DNA from: Oikopleura dioica | Taxonomy: Eukaryota; Animalia; Chordata | DNA: 64,000 nt | Direction of reading: 5' to 3' | Assembly: GCA_907165135.1 (NCBI GenBank) | Contig: OU015566.1 | Coordinates: 6,572,001 to 6,636,000, forward strand | In this document: piece after piece, positions 47,395 to 59,991 of the stretch | Layout: every line of letters begins with the position of its first letter | Numbering within the stretch: the first letter of the stretch is position 1 | The notes under the pieces: model-generated | What the model was told of the DNA's origin: nothing | The model's input: the letters and a program-made list of their open reading frames with translations, nothing else | The model's database searches: none | Translations under genes and position numbers: made by a program

Positions 47395-50300
47395 TCATCC
47401 CGTCGATCTTTCGTTCTTCATGGAGCGGAATAGGCGCCGCTGCGATTTCTCAAACGAGCCAGATGGGTTTTGAATCGAAAAGGAGTGGTCGAACAGTTCT
47501 GAAAATTGTGTTAGAGATAATTCAAGAGTTTTCAGTAATTTACCTTTTTCATCTAAAGCTTGATAGCTGCTCATGTAGGTAATCAACCGTTCTCGTTTCG
47601 TAAACTGAATTCTTTTAGATCGCCAATGGTCAAAATCAGCAATCGGCCCGGTCAACTCCTTCCAGCACTTGAGCTGCTGATCTGCCGCCAAATCGCCCGG
47701 ATTCATGCACGGCTTCAGTCGGAAATAACAATCTTTCAGGAAAATCGAAAAGATCGGGATGAGGACGGGCGTGTTTCCTTCTGCTTCGAACATCTTCAGA
47801 ATCACCCTGTAGTTCGAAAAGTTGCCTTGGGGATCACAAATGTGTTGGAGGACTTTGATCTTCGTATCTTCGATTTTGTCCCAGGTTTTGGAAAGTCTTT
47901 GGACACAGGGCGACGATAATCCGGCTGTCAGGGCCATGCAGGAATTCAGATTTCCTAAAAAAGTCGTTTGATAATAAGTAGTTCAATAGCAATGAGATAA
48001 ATCTGTAGCTAATTAGACCTTCGAAGGTAGTTAATCGCTCAGGCTGAGTACTAAAATGCGCGCTAACGGCTAAAAGAGGTAATAAAAACAAGTCCTCAGA
48101 GGAAAATCAGGAGCTTTTTCATTAATCGTCATCGCTTTAACGAGTTTAAAGTGCTGTTTTAGTCATGAAAATGTCAATAGTTCGCAAATCATTGTTGACT
48201 AGGGGGTTTATCATAGTAAATTTAAAGGAGAATCGCACCTAGTCGGCAACAGGAAAGCGCGGCGTCCAGGAAGAATTCAATCATCTCAACCCGATCTGAC
48301 AGCTTCTGGCAGGACACGATCTGGCTCGCCACCAATTCTGAGAGTCGCGAGGACCAGCAAAGATAGTGGCTGACGTTGTTCAACGCTACTTTTCCTCGTT
48401 CCTTCCCCATCACTTCTGAAATGCCCTCGGTTAGTAACCAAACAGTTGATGGATTTCCTTACCTTCGCAGATTTCCGAGGATGTGATTTTGTCCATTTGA
48501 TTCTGTTCTAGATAGGTGAGGTGTTCGGCGAAAGGTTCAGGGCTGTTCCCGCTCAGATTCTTCAGCTGGACTCGGGCGGAGCTGGAGCCATTTGTGCAGC
48601 CACGATTTCGGATCAGCGACATGCTTAAAATTCAGTTTAGAAAAGGGTTTTTTCCAGTAGGAGCTCTATGCCGCGCTTTATTCTGAGAAAAACTGAAAAA
48701 ACCTTGTAAGAATCGCCGAATTCACTTGAAATTGAACTTGATTTTGTAGCTCGATAGTATTCGCCTCTTTCATTTTGACAAATTGTCTCTCAAAAAAACT
48801 TGGCGGGAAAGGCTTGATATAGCGACGGCATCAACTGATGAGGGAAAAAAATATCGCTCGTAAAAATTTCAGGGCGTTGGGTTGTAATTTCAGGAATTTT
48901 CTAATCCACACTTTTTTTATCCAACTCGTCAAACTTGTCAACGAGATCAACGAGTTGACACCTGAGCAGTATTCAAACCCAATTACTTTCTATTAAGGGC
49001 ATTTCTTATAAAAAAATTGGCTTACCTTTTGTTATGAAAATTGTTTCGTCTTGAGATGACTGGGGATGTCAGAGCATTGCTGGCTGCCCAGCCGACTCTT
49101 CGGCTCTCGGCTTCTTCTTCCTTAAAAATTCCGTTAGCTCCAGTTAGGAGTTGATTATCAAAAATGATGTGAATATTTGATCTCTAAGGAATATGTATTA
49201 ATATTTAAAAGAGTCAACAAACCCCTGTCTTCTTTGAAAAATCGAAAAATTGACCGATAAAAATACCGATAAATTGTCAGTCTAACCATAACCCTAGCCC
49301 TAGGAAAAAACCCAAATGTCGTAAGTTAGATTCTCTACTGTACCTCGATTACTCTATAAGTTTTGATAGTTGGTACACAATCAAAAATCAAGCTCATCAA
49401 TGGGGGTCTTCTTTTTACTTCGTTAAATCTCTATGATTCGCCTAGCTTCACTAGTTCATGTTGACGATTCTCTGATCAGAAAAGCAATAAGTAGTATTAC
49501 TAGGAAAAAATGAGTATCCTTCTGGCAGTCAGTCCTTTGGCTCCGTAAAAAGTGTACTTTTTATTGAGCAGAGCACTATCTTGTAGTCGTAAAAAGATCA
49601 AAATCGCGCGTGTCCCGCGACGGGATCATCGATTCTGTGCGCGCGATCAAACACTACTCCTGGTTGTTTTCGGCAGCTCCTCTTTATTACGCCCCCCGTT
49701 GATCGCGAGATTTCATTCCGAGCTTGTTAATTAGCGATTTGAACACACGCTTTTGTTGACTCAAGTGCCGTGTTCTGAGGATCAGAAGGGCGAGCGCTGA
49801 CGACGCTCTGTCTGCCCCGGAAGACTCTTTGCTCTTTGTTACTTACGATGTTTAGCTGTCCGACGATGTGGCAGATCTCGTTGAACTTGTCGAGGAACTC
49901 TTTGTGAGCGAAATCGCGGGGAAACGCGGCGACCCAGTGGTCCATCGCTCCGATTAGCGCCTAAAAAGTGATTATGGTACATTTGGTTCGTCTATCGGGA
50001 TTCGCGAGCCCTGTTACTGTACTATTGGAAACCCTAAATGGTAGAAAAAGCGATAAGAAAGAGTCTTGTTTCCGAGATAACTCAGTACTTCTATTTTTCG
50101 AAGCGACAACCACGAAAGATTAGCTCTTTTCTACTCGATCGTCAGATCTCGCCGCCTTAGCGGAAGTCGTTTACTTCCGAGAATTCCGCAAAGTGCTACC
50201 ACACGTTTTCGGTTGTAATCACTGATTACAAGTACCCCTGACCGTGTCCCCTAATCAGATTCAAATGAGCGCGCCAAAGTTTTGCGCCCCTTTTCGTAAA

Positions 50301-52139
50301 ACAAAAATATTTATTTGGCGGCGGAGGGGATCATCCAGCTGGTGGTTGATTAACTGCAAAGTCATGTTGCGGAACCGAGGCGAGGCTGGCACCGGTTCAA
50401 GATTATTTCTATTCTTTTGGATAAAAAATGGTTGATAAAAGAGAGGCTAAAATTAGCGCTGATGTTTATATTTTTACCTTTTGATTATTACATAAAGAAG
50501 CGTCGAAATTAATTGTTTCTGGAATGAATGTAGATTGAACTCGTCTAGTTCTTCTTCTTTTGATGTGTGATTTTAGGGGAGTGGGAGGTTGGGAAGCTGA
50601 AACTGCGAGAAGATTGTTTTCTGATTCGGAAATGGTCTTTTTTGGGATGAAACTTTTGCCAAAATTTGATTTATTGCTTGTTGGATTTTTTGGCATGCGC
50701 GGCTGTTTCCCCCTTCCTGAGTGTTCTTGAGACAACATCCTGGAGCAGGGCGTAGAGCTCGTTCAGCAAGCCCTTCAAGGAGGACGTTGGGCTGACCGAA
50801 GAGTGCCCGCCCGATGAGCAAATAGATCAATCTTTCGTGGTCCGATTCGGCGGAGACATCTCGTAAGCTGTCTGAACGAAAGTTAGCTCGAGCGTCGAGA
50901 GTAAGAAAAGTTGGGCGACCTAATTACTCTTTCGTGTTTATTTCTAGGCTGATCAAAAATAAAACTGTCATTTTTGGGCACCTTTATTTGGTTAATCAAA
51001 AATAATCCCCGCAAACTCTTTCTTGAACTCCTCCGGTAGTGAATCCGGATCAAACAATTAGGAACCGCAAACAGGGAAAATTTCCCAGCTGCAATAATAC
51101 CAAGTTCAAATGTTTATTATAAGGGAGGCATACGAGTGACATTTCTCATGTCAAATCTTGTGACAGCCAGAGCTAATATATTTTGACCCGCGGAGGTCAA
51201 CGCGATCAAAGGGTGTTTCCCAGGTCTAAAAAGGTGTAAGAGCCCGCTGGGTCCCATCGGAGAGGGGTAAATAAACTTCAACTTCAAGGTTTATCGTTTG
51301 ATAGATGTGATTGTTCAAGGACCACTGGATGTCGCTAAATAGACCAGTGGAGAGCACTTATTGGCAGCTGCCCAAGGAAAATGCCCGTACCTGCCAAGCA
51401 AGCAAGGTACGCAGATTTTGCACTTTTCATTTGTTTGCAGCCAAAAATGGACAATTCAAAGTTTACTCAGGTGCTGAAAAAATCATTTTCTCTTGTTTTA
51501 TTGAGTGATGAAAACAGTGGGATGTTTGAGAATTGTGAATTTATTACTGTTTCTTTTCAAACTGACTAAAAAATCCCGAAGAGTCCGAAAGGAAAATTGA
51601 ATGGATCAACATATTGATCCGATTATACGAATGACACGAAGGAAATCAGAAAACGAGGGGATCAGAGGGCAATTATCGCGAAATTTGGATTTGCTTGTCG
51701 CAAAGAAGTGCACCTGCGTGACCGTTGACGCTTGGAATTTAATTTGAAAGGGCTTGCCTGAGCTGTTTGACTAGTCATTTTGGGACAAGCTACCGGATTT
51801 TATCAATGAGAAAATATCATTTCATAAATAAAAAATTGTGCTAGAAACGTAAAAATGCGGATTTCTGTTGAGAATCTTGCGATTAAAATGTTTGTAAACT
51901 TGCCCATCCCGGATCAAAGGGCGGTGATGTTTTGGTCAGAAAATGCGGAGTACAACTCCTTATTCGTTACTCGTTCCTTTCTAGTATTTTAAAAAGTTAC
52001 CTTTTACGAAAGAATCGTTATTCGTTGCTTCAGTATTCACGGATATCCTCGAATTTCGGTATGAAATTCGACTTCCAGCGAATCCAGGAGCTTGTTGTAA
52101 AAGAACATCGAGTACCAAGTTCTGCAGCTCTTCCGTCAT
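47395..52139 (-). CDS. RASGEF1: RasGEF domain family member 1-like (REM + CDC25 domain)
   Basis: REM-like LIYLLIGRALFGQPNVLL and DHWVAAFPRDF; CDC25 FAEHLTYLEQ, SRLSELVASQI...MIEFFLDAA...GNFNS, LSKTWDKI, DPQGNFSNYR and IPIFSIFLKD. The first exon (52001-52139, MTEELQNLV) is less certain. Confidence 0.8.
49282..49302 (-). repeat. Short degenerate telomere-like tract (CTAACC)n
   Basis: CTAACCATAACCCTAGCCCTA in a RASGEF1 intron. Confidence 0.45.
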
Positions 52140-53117
52140 CTTCTGTCAAATCTCTTGTCACTACGATCTTTCTTCTAACAGCGCCCTCTTTTTCTTTCTT
52201 TCTAAAGATCCATCATTCTCTTTCTTGACGTTGATGGAAGAACTCGGCGCTGGAAAAAAGGGTTTGGCTCCCGGTGAGAAAAAAATATCGTGGAAAAAAA
52301 TTCAGTGGGGTCGCTCTTTTCTGCGCAAGTCCGCGTTTAGCTTGGCTTGAGCTGCGTGGCCCGCGGCGGCGCTACTACGATGCTCCTCCATTTTGTGCTC
52401 CTCCACTACAATCTCATTCATTCAATGAAAGCAACAAATCTCATCGCGCTATTGAAATTCGTCACTACGCGCAAGCGAGGCGCAGTCAATTCAAGCGCGG
52501 CTACGTTTTTTTCTTCATTCATTCAAGCACCTTGCTTCCATTCATAATGTTGGTAAAGCTCCTTTGAAACCCCGAAGAATAGAGCCTGAGAAATTCTCAT
52601 CAATTATGGATTTTTTACGTTTCAGAAGTGTCAAGCTGACCAAAGCTTTCATAAAAAAACAACCTTTTTTGAAGCTATGTTTTTTTCGAAATCTGATTGG
52701 CCGATCGGCCGAATGGTGAAATCTGATTGGTCCAAAGTTTGGCCAAAACTTTGGTCAAAATTAATGGCAATTTTTAATTCAAAAGTCCTGCTTTTCGGCG
52801 GTTTTCTTTGATCTTTTATGATTTCCCAAGCTCCTAAGAAGGTCCTAAAAAAATCGGATAATCCGCCGACTAAAACACCATTATTCTCACTACTAAAATA
52901 ACATGTTTATTCAAGGTACAGAAAATAAAGTCGAGCAAAGAACATTCATACGACAACAAAAGCCGGGAAGCGGGCGTACAGTGGCTTTCGCAGGGCTAAA
53001 TATTTGGCGACAGAGTTTAATTTACGCTGATTTTACTGTTTACTCGAACTGCCCAGTTGTCGAAATTACTCGATTTTCCGTTTGGTTTTTGATTGTATCA
53101 AAAATTTGTTTACAATT

Positions 53118-55833
53118 TCAAACGAGGCCACTGAGTTTTTTCCTCGAACTGCTCAAAAAATTCTTTGACAGGTGTTTTGAGCGGGGTGACCTTGATTTAG
53201 CCCTGGACAGAGGTGGAATTGGAGAAAGAAGCCGCTCGCTTTCTAGGTCGAAGCATTCGACCGAAATGATTCCGACTGACCCAGTCTGAAAATTAACAAT
53301 CAAGTTTTTCATAGATTTATGGGTTTGATCTGTACCTCGTATGAAATTCGTTGCTCGCCGCCGAGAATGTATATTCGCTCGTTAGCAATTACAGCGCTCA
53401 AGTTGTGCCGAGGGACGGATATTTTAACTTTCAATTCGGTCTCAAGGCTGACTATAAATAACTTCATGTGCTTGATAAGGTCACTATCCTAAAAGCGGTA
53501 CTCGAGCACAAATTTGCGCGGCGACCGCAAATTTGACCGTGGCCTATCACTTGCCAAATATTGTCCATTGCTTTGTACATCGATATCTTGTCTGTTGATA
53601 CGTACTCGCTATTCGGCAACCTTTTTTGATGTTTCGAATTGGACGTATGAAACATTGTTAAACAAGTCTGAAACGCATCCTTTCGCGACCACCAATATTA
53701 AACAGCTGATCGCGCCAAGCTACTGCGGCTAAGATAAAAAATCAGGGTCTATAAAACCAGCCACGTTTTTTCTTTTCTTATCGAATTCTTATCAACTTGG
53801 CGAGGCGTATTGCAAGCACTTGAGAAACACTACTTACCGGAATTCATGACCGGAAAGGGCAGTGGCGGCTGGCGATGCCACTCCTCCGTCTCCAAGTTGA
53901 AACTTTCCACGACACTTGAGAACTGGTTCAAGAATGTGCTCCTGTTTTAAACATTCGGCAAAACAGGATTTTTCTTGAGACCAGCGCCTAATCGGTCCAA
54001 CGTCGATTTTCTTGATCCCTCCAATTAGCCAAATCGAATCGAGATAAAGCGAGCACGCGAAGTGAATTCTCGACCACTTCATTTCTCCAATCGTCGACCA
54101 GGAGTTGTTTTCCGGGTCGAACATCTGGACGGGCTTGACGAGCTTGTTATGGCCATCTTGGCCGCCGATAACAATTATCTTCTTTTGGTAAAGAACGCAA
54201 GAGTGGTTGTATCGCCCAATTGGCATGTTTTCCAAGGTTGTCCATTCGTCCTCGTTTACATCGTATCTATCCAGGATTAGGATCTTCATGATTATTCTAA
54301 TTTCACCTGTAGGTTTTCGACGAGACGTTGACTTCCGGAGCTCTTGAATCTTCGTAATCGCCAGAGTAATTACTATCTTCGCGCGAAGCCCGGCAACCGC
54401 CAATCACATAGCAATACTCGCCCAGCTTGACAACTTGGAAAGCCATCAAGTCTGACGGAAACTCGCTACATACAAATTTATATCCAGGAAGCACCTTTGA
54501 TGGATCGTACCTGAAGTGTTCCCAGTGATCGTTATGCTCGCTGAATTTATAAATGACATTGTTCGCGTTGAGCTTTTTGAGATTCCTGCCGCCGAAGAGC
54601 ATCATTTCTCCGGAACGTGGCGACGCTGTCCGGAAATGGTCCCCGTTCTCCGACACGATCGACGTATTCAGCGAAGAAGAGGAGAGCTCGATCTTTGTTT
54701 CTTCAGCAAACTTTTCTTTTTCGTCCGGAGGAAGCAGCGGAGGAACTTTTTCAGGTGGTGGATTGCCGCGGTTGAGAAGCTCCGATCTTTTGTAACGAAT
54801 GCCGTCCTGAAATCATCGATTATCAAGGAACTTTGGGCAAAATACCTCGCTGAATAAAACTTGCTTCTTTCCATTTATAGCTTTGTGTTTGTACGCGGTC
54901 AGTATCAGTTTTTGGCAGTACTCATTTTCGACCAGCCAAGGTTTTTGTTCAACGATTTTGGAAAGTTCCTCCAGCGTCAGATTCTGAAAATGAAACGACT
55001 CGAAGGAGAAGAAAACTCACCTCGAGGCGTATTTTAGAAAGCAGAATAGGAATATGCTCAGAGTTTTTGCCCGCTACTTCGACCCAAGCTGCGAATGTAT
55101 CGAATATTTCTCGCTCATCGACTTCTATTTCATCTTTTGATAGAAGGGCCACAAAACAACCAGCTAGAAAGACTTCGGTTTGCTTTAAAAATGATTTGAT
55201 CTTACCATGAAACTTTGAAAGATTCGGCTGGAGCTTCAAACATCTGAAATGTCGGCAAAGAAAGGCGATGATCGTGTTAACTGTTTCATGCTCTTCTTTT
55301 TCTCGGAAATACTCGAGGATTCCTATCAGCGTAAACCACTCTTTGTCGATCTTTTTGTATGTCTCCATCAAAACTCCGCTAAGCAAGTGCTCGATGAGAC
55401 CTTCTATTTCCATTTTTGATCCGATCAAAAGAAGAGGCAGCAGCTGATCCCTCCGTAGCGTGATTTCTCCGTAATAAATAAAATCTAAATCTTCGTTATC
55501 GATTTTTGAAATCAAGGAAGACTCACCAAGAATAATTTTGAACAAGTCCGCCGTCAAAAAATCGAGCTTGATTTCCTTTCGCTGCATCGAATTCGCGTTC
55601 TGCAAGTTTTTCTCCGTCGACAGAAGAATTTTCTTCAAATGTTTTGACTGACTGGCGAGTATTACCGAATGACAAGGGAATGCGACGTTTTCTACTGTGA
55701 CGAGGCAATCGGTGAGTTTCTTGTCTCGCCAAAGAGCGGCGATATTACGCCACCCTCGTACTGCATGATTTCTCTGGTGCAGAGGTGGTTCCATTTTCTC
55801 GTTTTTTGATAATGATGGTTTTTGAATTTTCAT
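53118..55833 (-). CDS. BTB-BACK-Kelch (KLHL-family) protein
   Basis: LTDCLVTVENVAFPCHSVILASQS, LDFIYYGEI and BACK EREIFDTFAAWV; kelch repeats YCYVIGG, YDVNEDEWTTLENMPIGRYNHS, IIVIGG...FDPENNSWSTIGEM and IWLIGG; distal exons with SVECFDLE. Confidence 0.88.
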
Positions 55834-55949
55834 TTAGTGACAATCTAAAAAATATCCCTTCTAGAAAACATCAAAGTTAGCTTCAAAGTTCAGACGGCTT
55901 GATACTTCAGTCAACTCAAATCAAAAGTACCAAGAGTTTGAGATGATTT

Positions 55950-55987
55950 TAAGGGTTAGGGTTAAGGTTAGGGTTAGGGTTAGGTTA
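55950..55987 (+). repeat. Interstitial telomere-like (TTAGGG)n tract
   Basis: TAAGGGTTAGGGTTAAGGTTAGGGTTAGGGTTAGGTTA. Confidence 0.8.
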
Positions 55988-56132
55988 TCAAATGCAGAAA
56001 ACTTACTGATAAGATTTTTTGTGAGAATAGACCAGATGTCTTTATAAGTCAAATTTTTCCGAGACAAATTTTCCGACCATGTGGTTGATTCCCATCAGAA
56101 TCCTTCAGAATGTCAGTCCTGACTGATTAGTT

Positions 56133-57123
56133 ATGCAAGAGATGATCATAAGCGCCATTTTTCTAATTTTCAGTGCTTTTGCGCAAGAATGCCCGTAAGT
56201 ACTTAGACTTCAGTCTCAAGACATTTGATCTTTTATCCTTATGCAGACTCGACTACAATTACTGTAAAATTCTGTGCGAGACTGACTACTGCATAAGCAT
56301 CTGCGAGCGAGAGTACGACTGTATGATTGATTAATAAGATAAAAACTCATTAATTTTAGTGTGCAATGACAACTGTCCTTGTGAGAAAAACTGCCCCTTT
56401 GGCTGCGAAGGCTGCGACAACCCGATCTGTCCTGCTGAGGAATGCTCTGATCCTTGCTACGGGCTCGAGAGCTGCGAGACATTCGTAAACAGCTGTGAAG
56501 TCACGCCTTCTTTCAATAATACCATTGCTGAGACTCAAGGAAGCAAGAGTTATAAAATCTCTGCAGATGTCAAATGCGGCGAAATTCCCGACGAGTGGGC
56601 GAACATCATTCATGTCAATACAGGAAGTTCTTGGGACGTTCTTGGTGACAGATATTTTGCACTCTTTATCAATTCGACTGACTTGATGAAATTCTGTGGG
56701 CCATTAAATTGTTTATTGTAGAAAACTGGATTCAGAAAATACTCATCAAAGTATTATTCACATGACCAAAGGTGGATACCGAGGGGAATTTGGGGACCGC
56801 TACTTTGCGGTTTGGCATGTGCCAGATCAAAGGCTTAAAATAAACGGTCCATTTTTAAATGGTAACAAATTTTACGAGGTCGAGTACTTTGCTGAGTGTC
56901 AGGAGAATACGTGGACAACAATCTCAATTCAACAAGTTGAAGTCGAGAGAAGGGTGCTCGAACTTTCCTTATTTCAGGATGGCAACCTTCTAGTATCAAG
57001 ACAGCTTCAGCAAGACGAAGCGTTTATCGGCCCGATTGAGGTCTATGCTGGAAGTTGGGAACTGCAACCAGCGACATTTTTCCGAATCAAGAATTTTGTT
57101 CATTCTTCTCGATTACCACAATA
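56133..57123 (+). pseudogene. Cys-rich + GDRYF-module secreted protein, copy 1 (internal deletion, out-of-frame fusion of two modules)
   Basis: Signal MQEMIISAIFLIFSAFAQECP, CNDNCPCEKNCPFGCEGCDNPIC, and the first half of a module ending at TAG 56719-56721. A different frame resumes VYCRKLDSENTHQSIIHMTKGG..GDRYF to the end. Confidence 0.7.
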
Positions 57124-57266
57124 AAAATTTTATTCGCTCGAGTCTACTACTTAATTTAAGAAAATTTGCATGTCAAAGGTCTAACGCAAAATTCATATTT
57201 ACACTGTTGTGGTTTCATAATTTGAACTTTCTCATTTTTGGTCAGTCTGAAGCTTTCCCCGCAATT

Positions 57267-57930
57267 ATGCAAGAGATACGTCAGCCAACTTTCGTTTTGA
57301 TATTTCTGGGAGCTTTTGCTCGAGCATGCCCGTAAGTTAGTTGATAAACACTTCCTAGTACATCTCAAACAACCAATTTTCATAAGTGACACTGAGCTTG
57401 GAGAAGAATGCAAGGACATATCATATGTCACATATGCCGAGTTGAATTTTCTCGCTGTCGACTTCTTTGCGAGAGCGATTACTGTTTGAACCAGAGAAAG
57501 GTTCAGAATTTCAGCAGAAGTCTTTTGCGGCGAAATTCCATCTACAGTAGGCTGGAAAGAGTGGCGAAACATTATTCATGTCAATACAGGCACTAATTGG
57601 GATGTTTTGGGCGACAGATATTTTACACTATTTATAAACGCACAAGGATACATGAAATTCGATGGATCCTTGAAAGGAGAACAATATGATATGGTCGCTT
57701 TTTTCCCAATTTGAACGACTGGCGAATGGAACACTTATACAGTCCAGCAGATTGAAGTTGATGGAACCCTTGAATTATCACTTTCTATTGATGATAAGGT
57801 CCTCGGTACTTTTGATGTTGAACTAGAAGATGCATTTTCTGGAAAGCTGTATGTAAATGTCGCAAATGAGTTTCATGGTGCTGCTGACTTTTTTCCCGTT
57901 CGCTACTTTTATCACCAAACATTTCAATAA
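57267..57930 (+). pseudogene. Cys-rich + GDRYF-module secreted protein, copy 2 (deletion, frameshift, nonsense)
   Basis: Signal MQEIRQPTFVLIFLGAFARACP. After CESDYCLN it jumps out of frame to ERFRISAEVFC, and there is an in-frame TGA at 57712-57714 where copy 3 has Cys. Confidence 0.85.
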
Positions 57931-58006
57931 AAAGCTTAACAAAAAAGGTCGATTTATTGAATTATCAGTTTTATATATTTTTCAAACAGCAGGTTAGAGT
58001 ATGCAA

Positions 58007-58270
58007 CTAGCATTTTTCAAGCGTCCGCCAAACTCTCTCTTGTCGATTACGCTCTTCCTGGTGCTCTTCCTGATGCTCTTTGAGAAACTGTAAAAACAAT
58101 CGTTGTCGTTGGAGAAAACTCTCTTCTGTTTCTTTCATCGGGCCTTCGATGTACTCTTCTATCTTCGAGATTCTGCGAAATTGCCAAAACTCGAACCAAA
58201 AAAGAACAAGTACTAAAAGCGAAAGAACCAGGGCAATCAAACACCCAAGGAAACAGTTTTCTGGTTTCAT
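58007..58270 (-). CDS. 87-aa single-pass membrane protein, orphan
   Basis: TTTTTAG immediately before the ATG, TM FLGCLIALVLSLLVLVLFWFEFW, a charged helical tail and AATAAA downstream. Confidence 0.55.
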   Translation of the reverse strand: MKPENCFLGCLIALVLSLLVLVLFWFEFWQFRRISKIEEYIEGPMKETEESFLQRQRLFLQFLKEHQEEHQEERNRQERVWRTLEKC

Positions 58271-58597
58271 CTAAAAATTTCAGATGCATCCCTTTTTATA
58301 CTCGCGATTAATCATTGACAATCATTTTTTAGCGACTTGTCACTAAGTACGTGAACAAACGTGAGAAATTCCAATGGATTCTTGATCCATCGCGCAAACG
58401 ATTATGCAATTCTTCTCACTAGAAGTCACTTGAATTGATCCACCATGAGAATTTTATTATAGTCGTTTCACAAAATTTGCATATGCGCAGAAACGCAATC
58501 ATGCCATGAAAATTTCATATTTACACTTCTGTGTCTTCATCGTTTGAACTTTCTCTTTTTCTTTGATCCGCCACCTAAAGTTTGACCCACAATAACT

Positions 58598-59633
58598 ATG
58601 AAAGAGATTCGTGAGGCATTTTTCCTCTTATCACTTTTCGGAGCCTTTGCTCAAGAATGCCCGTAAGTTCGTTAAAAGCAAATTTATACCCCTTACTAAA
58701 GGGCCCTTAGTAGGGTTAGGTTAGGGTTTAGGGTTGGGTTAGGGTTACTAACCCTGGCTTAGGGGAAGGAGTCCCGTCTGCTAAAATTATTCTTAGAGTT
58801 AGGGTTAGGGTTTACTGTATGATTCATACATTATATTTTTATTAGAGACGCGGATCTTGGAGAAGACTGCAAAGACATATGCCGAGTAGAATTTACTCGT
58901 TGTCGACTTCTTTGTGAGAGTGATTACTGTCTCTCGATCTGCGAGCGCGAATATGAAAGTAATAATTTCAATTTTAATTGATCATTTCATCAAAAGTATA
59001 GTTCGTAAAAACGCTTGTCCGTGCGAGATTGACTGCCCTCTTGGGTGCGAATCTTGCGAGAATAAAATTTGTCCGGAAATCATCATCGACCCCTGCGCTG
59101 ATCTAGAAAACTGCGAAACCTTCGTCGACAATCGTCAAATCAGTCCTTCCTTCAACAACACTATTGCGGAGATATATGGCGAGAAGAGATTTCGAATCTC
59201 CGCAGAAGTGTATTGCAATGAGATTCCGGGATTCGATGAGTCCGATCAGAGTACCAAAAGCTGGCGCAATATTGTCCATGTGAACACTGGTCAAAATCAT
59301 GCTGTTCCCGGCGACAGATATTTTGCGCTTTTCCTTCACTTGAATGGTACAATGAAGATCGTTGGACCCTTGAAAGAAGGATATCAGAACATGGCTGCGT
59401 TTTGGACAACAGGATGTACAACTGAAGAGTGGAATACTTATGGCGTTCAGCAAATTGAGAAGAACGGAACTCTCGAATTGTCACTTTCTATCGATGATGA
59501 AGTCCTTGGTACTTTTGATGTTGAGCCAAAAGATGCATTTTCCGGAAAATTATTTGTAAATGTTGCGAATAAGTACCACAGTCCTGCTGACTTTTTCCCC
59601 GTCCGAAACTTCTACCACCAAACTTTTCAATAA
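58598..59633 (+). CDS. Cys-rich + GDRYF-module secreted protein, copy 3 (apparently intact)
   Basis: Signal MKEIREAFFLLSLFGAFAQECP, DCKDICRVEFTRCRLLCESDYCLSICEREYE, ACPCEIDCPLGCESCENKICP, then one full module ending VRNFYHQTFQ*. Confidence 0.85.
58689..58812 (+). repeat. Telomere-like (TTAGGG)n-containing insertion with a terminal near-palindrome
   Basis: CCCTTACTAAAGGGCCCTTAGTAGGG followed by TTAGGG variants. It is in intron 1 of copy 3 and absent from the short homologous intron of copy 2. Confidence 0.75.
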
Positions 59634-59991
59634 ATTGCTTTAGAAAAGACATTTTTTAGGACTTATTTGATCTTTTTTTATTAAATAAACTTATATTATA
59701 ATTATTGTGATTGACAGCTGCTATAATGAGCTGCCAGAGGCAGGTTTTTGACAGTATTTTTTTATCAAGATAAATAATGTAAACTGTTGTGCAGTGGTTG
59801 AGAACGAAAATTTATCACTCACTTGAAGAAATCTTTTTTATCGGTGCCCGATCCTTAAGTTTGTGTAAATACAGTTAATTTGATAGTTGTTCGCTTTCTG
59901 CTTTGAATTTGCAGCTTTCGTACTGAATACACTTGGTTCGATAAATTAAGGAGGTCCTCGCGGTTATTTTAAATTTGCTGAGGACATGGTG

